Shown: positions 49,713 to 61,200 of the stretch, piece by piece
Position numbering within the stretch: position 1 is the stretch's first letter
How the letters are laid out: each line of letters begins with the position of its first letter
NCBI RefSeq assembly: GCF_052425735.1
Contig: NC_135759.1
Location: forward strand, 42,470,001-42,534,000
DNA length: 64,000 bases
Direction of reading: 5' to 3'
Source of the DNA: Oculina patagonica
Lineage: Eukaryota
The notes under the pieces: generated by a model
Told to the model about the DNA's origin: nothing
The model's input: the letters and a program-made list of their open reading frames with translations, nothing else
Database searches by the model: none
Program-made: the position numbers and the translations under genes

Positions 49713-50609
49713 TCATTTTGTCTTGTTTTCTTTGCTTTGGTGTATCTTCTCTTTGTCGCAGCAAAGGAAGACCAGAATGAATGCAGCAAACATCACCTCC
49801 ACGCACACCAGGAAAATGGCCAGATTTGACTCCACTCGACCAGCAACAGCCAAGGCAGAAATTGTCGGGATGTTGATGGCCACTCGATAGAAGACGCAAT
49901 TCATGTTAAAAGACCTGCTAATTGCTTGACCATTGAAGATATACAACACTGCATGAGCTACATTTAAACTGAAGTGAAAACTCAGGAATATATAAGAGTG
50001 GCCTAAGAAGGGATCCAGGTTTAAAACATTTCGTAGAAAGTCCACGTTCTTCAAGTACAAAGCCCCTGGAAACTGGACTACCCCTGCAACGAGGACAGCG
50101 ATCGAGGACCATGGACCAGCAGGAAATCGAAAGAGGAGACCGAAAATCTCTTTGAAAAACAAACCCAAGCTAGCACCATCTTCTGTGCAGATCCATACCA
50201 GAAACATACCAACTGCCAAGGAATTGTCCAACACTGCAAAAAACGCGAGGAAACGAATAGGAGCCACACCATTCTTATACATGACAAACAAGGACATATT
50301 GACAAGAATTATTCTTGTAAGCACAGTTATATTGATGTGCCCATGGCCAGGAACTTTGTGCATAGATCGCGATGCGATCACCAGCAAGTACCCTTCAACA
50401 GTGAGTGCAAGACCTCCAAGCTGCATGTAGCCGGCAGTTCGACCAACAAGCTCTGTATTCCACAATATTCCCCACAGGGAGGGTGTGAGGAGCATGGCTG
50501 TTCCCACGACAACGTACGCCATGGAGGACCATTGAGTGAAACGTTCAGTTTTGGTCAGCGGCTTAGAACGGTTTGCAGACATCATCGCCTTGAACCAGCC
50601 AGGAAACAT
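49713..50609 (-). CDS. Uncharacterised multipass membrane protein (~298 aa, about 8 hydrophobic helices, two similar halves), single exon
   Basis: Long ORF with first ATG at 50609 (MFPGWFK). Hydrophobic segments throughout; charged C-terminal tail. Confidence 0.75.
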   Translation of the reverse strand: MFPGWFKAMMSANRSKPLTKTERFTQWSSMAYVVVGTAMLLTPSLWGILWNTELVGRTAGYMQLGGLALTVEGYLLVIASRSMHKVPGHGHINITVLTRIILVNMSLFVMYKNGVAPIRFLAFFAVLDNSLAVGMFLVWICTEDGASLGLFFKEIFGLLFRFPAGPWSSIAVLVAGVVQFPGALYLKNVDFLRNVLNLDPFLGHSYIFLSFHFSLNVAHAVLYIFNGQAISRSFNMNCVFYRVAINIPTISALAVAGRVESNLAIFLVCVEVMFAAFILVFLCCDKEKIHQSKENKTK

Positions 50610-50808
50610 TGTGAAACTATCTGTTGACAAAATTGACGTCAGAGCTGATGTTTAGCGTGACTTGGTAAACTTAGAACAACGTTTCGCTGTCAGTGTCAAT
50701 GTCAAATGCGATGGCTATTTATGAATATGATTTTATTATAGAGCGTGAAGAATATAGTAAAGTAATTTGAATGTAATTAGAGGTACAGAAAAATTCGGAA
50801 CGCATTGT

Positions 50809-51412
50809 CCCGGTGGGGGGGGGGGGGGACTCCTATATGAAACGGACAGGGATGCTCGTCGGAAATTTGAAAAGAACCCCTGAACATATAGTTTATAGAG
50901 GTAAATGGCTAGGAAGCCTGGCAAAGTTCTTTGTTGTATGTTTTTGTTCGCTATTTTGGGGGTTGACCCTGCACAAAACGTGACAAAATACAATAGGTGG
51001 TTACGTGTGTTCAGGCAGCTAACCATAAGAAGCATTGGGATTACGTAATTCATGCATAGTGTATGAGCACAAAACCAAAAAGATGTGCAGGGTCGTGGAC
51101 CTTCCAACATAAATCAAGGCCTCTTTGTTTGCTCCTTTGATGTTTGCCGGGCTTCCTAACCATTTCCCTCTATTAACTATGTCCTAAAAGAGACCAATCT
51201 GGGTGTGGCTCAAGCTTTTCTTGAGCCCTAGAAGATACCAGAAAACTAAGAATATAATTTATATTTGTAAATTCCTTCGTTTGTAACCCTAAACGAGACC
51301 ATTATGGCTAAAAATATTGGCGTTTTGCCCGGAATACGCTAAGCGAGACCAAAAATCTGAAATTTACAACATCCCCGTCACTTTCATATGCGAGTTCCCC
51401 CCCCCCCCCGGG
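50809..51412. mobile_element. CCCGG..CCGGG-ended element with 8-bp TSD CGCATTGT; contains a second TIR element (~50885-51182) and sits inside a third (~50755-51597)
   Basis: cgcattgt|cccggtgggg ... cccccggg|cgcattgt. Inner atagtttatagaggtaaatggctaggaagcctggcaaa / tttgccgggcttcctaaccatttccctctattaactat. Outer aattagaggtacagaaaaatt / aatttttctgtacctctaatt. Related copy at ~47392-47676. Confidence 0.75.
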
Positions 51413-52725
51413 CGCATTGTTCTATGTGAAAAGTTTTGCACGGATAGAGTCACATTAAGTGTTAAGATCCGTTTTAAGTTCTCTAATAAAAAACATCTCA
51501 TAAATGAGGCAGTCCAGTTTAAAGTGCTTCAGATCAAGGGTGTTGGCTGCGTTCCAAATTTTTCTGTACCTCTAATTATATTCAAAAACTTTACTACATT
51601 CTTCTCGCTTTATTAACCATATTTCATTTCATTGACTGCCTTTTGAAATGCTAATCTGAAATATAATTGTCAAAGTATGATAAGAAGATCAATCTTTATA
51701 TATGCACAATTAGCATTCTGTATCGATTCTGTAATTTGTTTGTTCATCTTTACGGCCTGTAATCCAATATTCCGCCTAACGTACATCCCACTATAACAGT
51801 CATAACAGTGCTTTTCTTCTCCACATGAAAGTTTTTCCTTTTTCCCTCAAACGACAGCCAGAAATGGACTGTTGTATCTACGGTGATAAATTGTTTACGA
51901 AAGGCACGGTGCCAGAGAAATGCTAGCATCGACGACAAGGGCCAATGCTCTTACATATCGTAAACACTAGACTTACTGGACTGATCCACGTTAATTACAA
52001 GACTTTGAAACCTGAATTTCGAAAGCAACAAACGAATCAACCCTTTAATTTCAGTTCCTGATTAGAAATAAATTCAGATTGCAAGCAGTCAGGAACAGTC
52101 ATCAGAGTTGAGCGAAGACAAAAGTAGTGTCCGCCTTGATGATATTTCTTCTTTCGCTTTTTACTAGACAGTCCGTATCAGTTCCCTGAGGAAAGTATAC
52201 AGTAAGGAACTCCTTACCTCAATTAATAACCTCCTTGCGTCACTTGCAGTTAGCGTTTTCGCAGTTTCTTGCTTCAAACCAAGCGACGCGTGTCACAAAA
52301 CATTAATTACTGAAGCGTTAATCGCGTGACGCAAGTCGACTTCTGTCGTCTGTCGACATTTGGAGGAGCAGTCATTGAACCACTTGTGACGTCGTCAATT
52401 TGCACGTCAGTGAAGTTTTGTGATAAATACAGCTGGGATTGACCTTTTCTTTCAAAGGACTGTTTATTTTGTATATCACTGCATTCTGACAGAGTTAATT
52501 AAAAATAACTCGGTCCGTTTTGGGTGCGAAATCGGTGCTTACGGTGCTGACGAAGATTAAGATGGATTATGAACAAACATGGAAAAAATTGCAATTTTTT
52601 TTAAAAATGGGTTGTCCGTGACATTGCTCCTTTAAAGGAGCTTTGTAACGGACGGATTTTAAGAAATTTTTTAACAGCCAAAACATATGTGTCGTAGGAA
52701 ACCTAAAAGTAATGGTCCATTTTTA

Positions 52726-53408
52726 CCGAATGGTATGGGAGATCATTCTCGCGAAGTGACGTATTCCTCACTCCATCGAATACCGCAATAATTCATGAAA
52801 CAGACGTGGGGTACGCCATCAGCACAGCACACAGAACTCCAGCCTCGTCCCAGGGCCCGGGAACAATCGAGAGGATAGACACTGTGAAAGAGACGACACC
52901 ACGCCCCCGCCGACCCAAGGGAGTGAATGTGAACTGAGGCGGGTGGACCGGTCGGATGTGATGCACGGACCAGACTCATTGTTTACGCGATGGCGGTAAT
53001 GCTTCGCCTAGGACGCGACCGGACGCGAGACCACTGGAACCCGGCGTGTACATCATGTGTACGTATCGCTGAGGAGAGAGGCACCCCACGCTGCCGACGC
53101 AGAACACACGAGGACGGAGGAAGGGCCGAGGAGAGCGAACCCGAGGAGCAGCAGATGGAAGTGAAGTACCGAACGCGAGACCGACCCATCACGGAGCACG
53201 GGCGGCCGCGGACGAATGCCTGATGTGTGCACCACATCACAGACGTGTTGCGTACGTGACGTATCCGTGCGGAGGTCCTCGCCGGCCACGCGGGGCCACA
53301 ACAGGGACACGAATTGGTGGGACGAAGCGCACGACGCGAGAGCCGAGAGCGGGTCGACACTTCACACGAAACCGAGGTTACTCGAAGAGCCTTTGATTAT
53401 TAACCCGG
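52726..53408. mobile_element. GC/CpG-rich 683-bp insertion with TA-flanked CCG..CGG ends, unclassified
   Basis: Abrupt compositional shift. TA|ccgaatgg ... aacccgg|TA. The flanks look like two halves of one AT-rich repeat. Confidence 0.5.
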
Positions 53409-53677
53409 TATTAACAATTGCTATAGTAGAGCACTGAAACTGTTTACAAGCGTCTTTAGCTGCGGATGGCTCGAGATGGAAATGGATTGCAACTTGAAAA
53501 ATTGAGGTTGAAATTGAAGTTGTTGCCGCGAGTCTTCAAAAAACACGTTTGTTTGGTTTGCATTCTTCAGTTCCTTGTGCTTTTACGAATTCATTTTCTG
53601 TTTATGAACAATATACAACTCATTTTCATTTATTGTATTTTTTATTTAGTTAAGCTTGAAAGCTAACTGTTATTTAC

Positions 53678-53877
53678 CAGTCGGGGAACAAGTCTGGCTT
53701 TCAGCAAATCGTCGTGAAAGTACACGAAGAACGTTCCATTCTTCGTCCAATCAGAAATAGCACAAATTCTTCGCCATCAGGATACGACACTCGCCTGTCA
53801 CGTTTCTAAGCAACAATCTTACCAAACACCGCGGGCTGCCATTTGCCGAAGACGGGATATTTCTTGTTCCCCGACTG
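53678..53877. mobile_element. 200-bp MITE with 15-bp TIR
   Basis: cagtcggggaacaag ... cttgttccccgactg. Confidence 0.6.
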
Positions 53878-54681
53878 CAACATAATTTTTAAATTTTATG
53901 GCTTTTATTCTTGAAATAAAATACAATTTGTTTGATTCGATGAGTTAATTCTTAAAAATTACGAAAATAAACGCGCTAAGCTTCGTACACATGGCTGGGA
54001 GTTCAACTCCTCTTAAATATTTTTTGTCGCAAGCTTTCTTTTAAAACAGCTCTTAAAGCGAAATTGCTGTGAAATATTTTACTTTCGAGACATCTAGAAT
54101 CTGTTTAAAACGCTCTACTAAAGAAGCGTCATTTTTCACGGGGAAAAATAAATAAAACCTTGTGTACCTGTCACGAGTAAAATATCTGAATTAACTCACT
54201 CATCGGAAAAAGCAGTTAAGTTAAAATCGACATTAATTCCTGGAAAAACGAAGAACACCTAAGACATTTTTCTAAAAGTTTACCTCGAACAAAGAAATTG
54301 ACCTTAAGTTTATATCGTAAAACGGCTACTTTAAATAAAGCATTTGTTCTTTATATCTATGTATTTAACTATCATTAATACTTAAAGGAAAAAAACTATA
54401 ATTTTCTTATTAACTTTTGGAAGTAGCCACATTTATACCTGTAAAAGACACCAAGGTAGTTTTAGTGAAGATATAACAAGTGGCCACTGGAGTGTGCGAG
54501 ATACACATAAAGTGGTCGTGACACGCATTTCACGCGCGTTTACCTCGCAGGGGTCGCCAAATATAGAGAAAGAACCTTTCCAGTTGATCTCATTCTCATT
54601 TTCTCATTCGTATCTCTCACCCGTCTAAACACGATCTGTGAGCCTGGCACGATTTGTTTTACTGGAACGGAATTGTTTAGG

Positions 54682-54886
54682 CAGGGTCCCAAACGGGAAT
54701 TTATGAAGCCTTGGGCCTTGAAGGATCAGTGCTCAGGTCTTTATGTTTTTGTAGCCTGAAAGATTCTGGTTCCTAGCCCCAAAGCAATGCAGTGAACTTG
54801 TACTATTTTTCTTGTGCTTAGAGACCTAGAGCCCTGCATTTCTAAGGCCCCAGCCCTGGAGCCCTTAACCCCGTTTTGGGACCCTG
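54682..54886. mobile_element. hAT-like MITE
   Basis: cagggtcccaaacggg ... cccgttttgggaccctg. Confidence 0.6.
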
Positions 54887-55278
54887 TACGAGTTAAGCTA
54901 TTGATATCTCAGTTAAGATATCTTCATACACTTAACAATTATCCTGCGAAATTGCGTATCGCCTTATAATCAGACGATATTTCACAACAAAAAAAAGACG
55001 ATATTTTCTATTATTCAACAAATTGTCAACGAAACGCATTTTACAGCGGGAAATACTGCGATTACTGGCCGCAGCGCTTTGCAAGACTTCGGGCGAATCT
55101 TGGCAAACTACGTACATCGCAGGATATTTGTCATACATACGTATGACAGAAAACAAAGACTTCTTGACAATATATGAGCATCGTGACAATTTGTTGAATA
55201 ATAAATAATGCCACATTCGTGTAACTGTTAATTCATTATGGACGGCCAATCCCCAGATGAGCATGGGTCTCTAAATCT

Positions 55279-58200
55279 TCACTGATCAAGATCGAGCTGC
55301 TGATAAATGTACGATATAGTCTCAACAGAGGCGTCCACAAGAAACTGACACTTCATGTAAGTCTCAATGAATTCGTCCGAGTTACAACTTTTCTGTATTT
55401 GGTTTCGTGCGATCATCGCCACTGTGTGTGCCCGCTCAGTCTCTAGCCAATCACCAATGGCGTTTTCTAAGCTGTCATCGTCAAGTTGTTTCGGTCCCCA
55501 TAGCAACACTTGAAGCATTTGAATGGCTTCCCCGGCAGCTAAACGCTCTTGAGGATGGCGTTGTAGCAATTGACGCGCGATCGTGCCGAGTCCCTTAGAA
55601 AATCGCGACTTGAAAGGGATTGGAGGAAGGTCAGTTTGGTCATAACTCTGCTCAACAAGGTTTGGATTAACAGCAAAAGGATTGGCCCTATGTAGAAACT
55701 CGTACACTAAGCAACCAGCCGCAAAAGTGTCACAGTCTTCATAATTTAACAAATCGACATCTTCCGGTGCATTCACTACTTCCGGCGGAAGATGTTCCAA
55801 GTTTCCGCCAAGATGACTTGACACACTTCTGCTTAAAATGAAAGGACTGGGTTGAGTGCTCTTGGGCTGATGAAGCGCATGCTGGAAATTGGTTACTACC
55901 AAGAGCCCGCAGTCCAGCAGGAAAAGGTTCTCGGCTTTCAAGTCTCGATGTACCACGGCTTCTCTGTGCAAATGATCTAGTGCCCTCAAAAGCTGGAGGA
56001 TAAGCAAACAAATCTTTTTCTCGTAGCTCTCTGGATCGCTTGCATGCTCCTCTTTGGTTCTTTTAAGAAAATCGGCCACAGTTTCACAAGGGACCTGATC
56101 AGTGATGGTTACCAATGTTTCGTATGAGTCACAGTCGGGTCGTCCTATTGCGTCACCAGACACGTCATCAGTGAAGTGCGTCAGAACACGTGAGATGTTC
56201 ACGTGATATGGCAGTGCCTCACACATACGCATGTCCAGCTTGTAAGGTGATCCTTCCAACACATGAGTCGCAGGGGGCACTGGGTACTGCACCTGATATA
56301 ACGAGAAAAATGTGATAAAGTTTGCGCGTTTTTTGCAGTCACGAAAGCAGAAAGTCACCTTAAACAAACTCCTGAAACCTAAATTTCGCGAAAGATCGCC
56401 ATTCGGGGCAATTTCTTTTGTAATAACATGGGTGGACTGCGAATAAACAGCACAAGTGCAAGCAGCCTCACTTTCAACAATTTATACTAGAATTATGCTC
56501 GATCGAGAGAAGGGAAAAGGAAAAACTATCACCTTAAAGCTTTTAAAATCTCCCTCAACGGTGGAAAAGGGGACTTTGAGCACATAAAACCACATAGGGA
56601 TTAAATGATGACTACATGTACGCGGAAATCTAGCTAGCCACGCTACTAACCTTGGCAAGCAATTTCTTGTTGCCTTCCCAGAGCAGAGCACATTTGACAG
56701 GCAGAAGTACTGCACCTGGACACTGCACGTCCAATACATCACCGCAGATCTCGTAATCTGACCAGCGCGTGTCAGATAAGTCCAGCTCCGCGTCTGGGAG
56801 GAGTTCCTCTTTCCACGAGTGAATCATCTCCTCCAAAGTCTGCATTTGTAGTTTTAAAATCTTATTATAACGCTTCTCCAGGACATTTGCGTTCGTCGAT
56901 AAGCTTCTGCTGCGAACAACCGGGTGCTTGTGCTTGTCTAAAGTTCGTGTTTCCAAACTGTGGGAGCGTTCCCGCATGGCTGGTCCAGACGGCTTTGTAT
57001 TGGGAGGTCTCGAGGGAAGCCTGGGTGGCCGGGATTTATGATCGCTCTTCTCCCCAGACCCGTTAATAAGGGTTGGGGACACGACCCGTACGGGACGTTT
57101 AGGAAGCTCTGGTTTATCTAGCACGGACGTTTTTGAGCCATCAGAATTCTTACATCGGAAGTGGACATGCCGGGAACGGGGAATGGCTGGTAGCGGTCCA
57201 AGCATCTCTTGCTCGACTCTGGACAGTGCTTCAGCAAGGATTTCTGCATCGGTCAAATTGGCCAAAGCTGTTTCTACCTTGAGAGTGAGCTCGTCTTCAT
57301 TTGGCTGTAGATACGTCGGTTCTTCGTCCTTACGTGTCGTAGCTTCATCTGGCGTCGGATCGCTGTGTTGCAACGGTTTTACAACTTTAGCCACACGAGG
57401 GGGTTTCTTGGGCCGCTCCAACGTGTCCCCACCCTTTGATAGAGGGAAGTTCTGGTACCCAATGCCCGGCTCAGTCTGCAGGATAGGAGAGCTTGTCCTG
57501 CTGGACCCTCCCTCGACAGGTGGCGAATCCACTGGGGCTGCAGGCGTGGGAGACACTGCGGGCACACTCGGATTTGGGGATGATATTGCGCCAGCGTTAC
57601 TAGGTTCAGCTGTCTCAGACTGCTGTTCTTCTTTCGCACTGATCTGCTCAGCTTGCAGGGGATTCACTTCTGACATGGTTCGGCGCCGAACTGCTTCTTT
57701 TTGAGCCAAAAACCCTGGCACCTCATCATTCACCGCTATTGGCGCACTTATCTCTATAGTCTTGCTGTGTCTGTTCTTCTTCTTGCCTCCAAGTTTCTTC
57801 ATGGTTGCAAAAGCTCTCCTGAGCGTTGATTTCGGAGAAGCCGCTTTTGCAGGGCTTGGACTTGAGTTGGTTCCATGTGGTCCAGAAAACGTCGATGATC
57901 GAACTGGCTGGGCCTTTGGTTGCGATGGACTGGGACTTACAGACTTCACTGGTGTCACAGGCTGCGACACAGGCGACTTTGGCGGCGGGGGACTGGAAGC
58001 TGGCAAAAAAAAAAAAATAAGAACAAAAACAAAAACAAACAAATCTTTAAAAACATTTCAGTGGTGCAAAAAGAAAAGCATGAATTTGTAAAGTGGAGAC
58101 AGTGATTAAATAGACTAAAATTGACCTTAGATAAGTTTGATTCCTTTCTTTCACGGTCACTGAGTTAAGATTTTCCCAGAACCCAGTATCAGTTCTTACT

Positions 58201-61200
58201 GACAGCTGTCCTTCAGGACAAGAACCTGTTTTGGTTGTTAGCCCATGTGATTATGGCTGAGCCTGCGAGTTTTGTTAGCTGTTGCTCAGCAACATAACGC
58301 AAGGAGTTGACGTGGTTTTTTTGCCCGATGTCACTTTAGTGATTGCATTAATAATTACAGTGCATGACCAAGTAATACATGTGTATATTTTACAAACAGT
58401 CCTTCCATGTAGCAAATTTATCTGCTGTTGCCTGACTACCTCCAGTGAAAAGTATTTTTACCACATACGGCAAACATGGCATGTCTGGGAGAATTCCTTT
58501 CTGCTGTGGGAAGAGGAAGGAGGATTTAGGTACCAGCTGCGAACATTAAGTCCTCAGCCCTGACGCATATCCACTAATTTAATTTGCTATTTGCATGCAC
58601 ATTTTTTGCAACAAGCTTACCAGAAGGGGGAGGTGGTGGGGCACTTCGTTTAGGTTTAATGGGCCCCTCTTGAGTCTCCCCCACTGCAACACCTTCGTTG
58701 CTGACTGGACTCAAAGGTACACTTTCAGATGGTTTCTCTGAGCTCCCAGGATCCACAATGTCCTTTACAGGGGGAGGGGGTGAAGCAGGACTTGTCACTG
58801 CCTGATTTGAGTTCTTGAATGATGGCAGTCTTTTAAGGGAGGGTGGGTCTGGAGGAGGGGTAGTGGGTAGGGGTGTTATTGAAACTATAACAAAAAGCAA
58901 AAAATAAAAAATGTTAGTTTAAATGCACACAAAGCTTATAATGATGTTCTAACAAGCCAGCTTAAAGTATAACCTTAAAATAATATGTTGCCCAGCAAAA
59001 CTAATTACGTTTTAATGAATAATGCTTTTTTTCATGAGTTCTATTTACTCTGTCAGGTCATTCCATTTTTGTTTGTTTGCCAGTTGGACAGTACGTCGGT
59101 TGGTGGATTGGTCAATGGGTTGGTCAGTCGGTCACTTATTTTGTTTATTTCTCAATTTAAAGTGTTATTTTATTTCGTTTTTTACTTTATTTTATGAAAT
59201 TTAATTTTAACAAATGAGTATTTGTAATTTGTATAAATTATAAAATCAAAATAATATATTTATTATTTTAAGTTTAATTTATTACACAAGCACACAAAAA
59301 CTGAACAAACAGGCAAAGAGCAACTGAAAAGAGTAGAATGAGTTCTGGGAGGAAAACCAGGGAATGGGGCTGTTTAATGGCCTTGCTAAAAAAAACAACA
59401 AAGGCTGAGCAGTTGGCATAACCTCTAGCTGCCTAGGTTATGTATCATGCTTCCATCATATATGTTGGCCAACTTGCACATGTGAAAAGAATGTGTTAGC
59501 CCAAATATTAACTCACATAGAACTTGAAAAATGCGTGGTGACCCCTACTTTTTAACTTCTAAAATTGAAGTGGTAAGTAAATTGAACACAAGATTAATTT
59601 TTGGTTGTGTGCAAAAGTTATTAATTAGCTGCTACTCACTAGGTCCTGTCTCTTTCGGGGGCAGCAGGGTGGTGAAATGAAAAGAAGTTTTTTTGGTGAT
59701 GAAACAAGTTCTCACTGATGTTTCTTCATTTTGGTTCCAGTGCAATAAGTAAGCTACATTTTTGTACCGTGCATTTTGTAAAATGTTTAATGCAGAACTT
59801 ATGCATGTTTATAACTAAAGATCACAAGAAAAGAAATCCATCTTAAATTAATTCCTGGAGAAGGCCAGTGAAACTGTCAAAAATATTGGATCTTAAAGCC
59901 ATTTTGACCTCTATCAGAACAATTCCCAAAGAAAAAGACAACGAATTTGAAATTATACATGTCTACAGTTCCTTCCTTGATAATTTAAGCACTTTCAACA
60001 AAGTTTTGATGATTTCCAGTAAAATTACTTGGATGAAAAAAAAAAATCAACTTTGATCATTATCATTCTCTTAAAAAAGGAAGCAAATACATGTAAACTG
60101 TAAAGTTATATACAATAACTATGAAACATATTTTGTTTCTCTGTTTGTTGAGTGGAAAAAAGGTAACAAAGAAGGTACATGTTGTATTAATAATTAAAAG
60201 GTCACAATATTATACATGTCTGAGAAAATACACAGAAATTATTCAGCCTACCATAAATATTATTTTTGTCATTTTTGGTGCATCAAAAAAATCTCTTTGT
60301 TTAGGTTTAAGTGTGGTCAAGAAAAATAGGTTTTTGAATGTAGGTCTGAGAAGGAAAATCTTTTGAAGCACATTATACATCTTGCCTCAGTACAATTCTT
60401 ACCAAATGAAATAAGAAAATTTATGACTACTAAAACATAGTCATGGCCCTTCGCATAAGACAGTTAGCTCTTTCACAATCATGTGCACTACTGACAGTCT
60501 TTTGATGTCTTGATAAATAGATGTGTCTCCATGTTAAAATTCTGTGATAAGGAGCACCACAAAAATGCAGGCAAGAATGCCGACTTTGTTATCACACCTT
60601 ACAAATAACTCAACCTTTGTCAAATGACCTCAGATATGGCATATCATCAAGTGCTGTTATAAAAAGCTTCTGGGAGCAATTGAATGATGACACTTCAAGT
60701 CTTTGCCTAAATGTGTTTATAAATCTTTAAGCTATGACATTTAAATATATGACATAATATGAAACATTTGAAAAGCACAAAGCAGAGTTGAAACTACCAC
60801 CTGGCAAAGATGGACAGTGGTTTAGTGTCCACCTTAATTCATGTTCGAAGGCCACAAGTTTTAAATAACCTTGAAGAAAATTAATATGTAGACTGTATTT
60901 TAATTACCCTGCTGGAAACATCTCAGATAACATCACAAGCTGATTTGACTGATAACAGACAGAGCAGACTTCAATTAACATTTGCATCAAAATTCACCAC
61001 TTCAGGGGTAATGTACTGTGAAATATAAGGACCAGTAATTTTCTGCATGCAATAAACATGCTTGTTAAATATATAGTATTCACAGATTTTTCAAAATGTA
61101 AATGTTACTAATGTTGTTAGGCTTATCAGAAAAGGTTTTAAATGTTTATACAACAATTTTTATCTCTGAGAGTCGCATGATAGCACAGCACTGCCTTGGG

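Noticed and set aside
36710-50609. Bacterial contamination as the source of the intronless genes
   Set aside because: They are contiguous with spliced animal genes and host repeats, similar in composition, and the NmrA-like gene has a 5'UTR splice acceptor.
52743-53437. Overlapping Arg-rich ORFs in the GC-rich insert
   Set aside because: Expected by chance at high GC; no domain signatures or splice context.
57183-58105. Plus-strand ORFs of up to 173 aa
   Set aside because: Antisense to the Pro/Ser-rich PEAK1-like exon.
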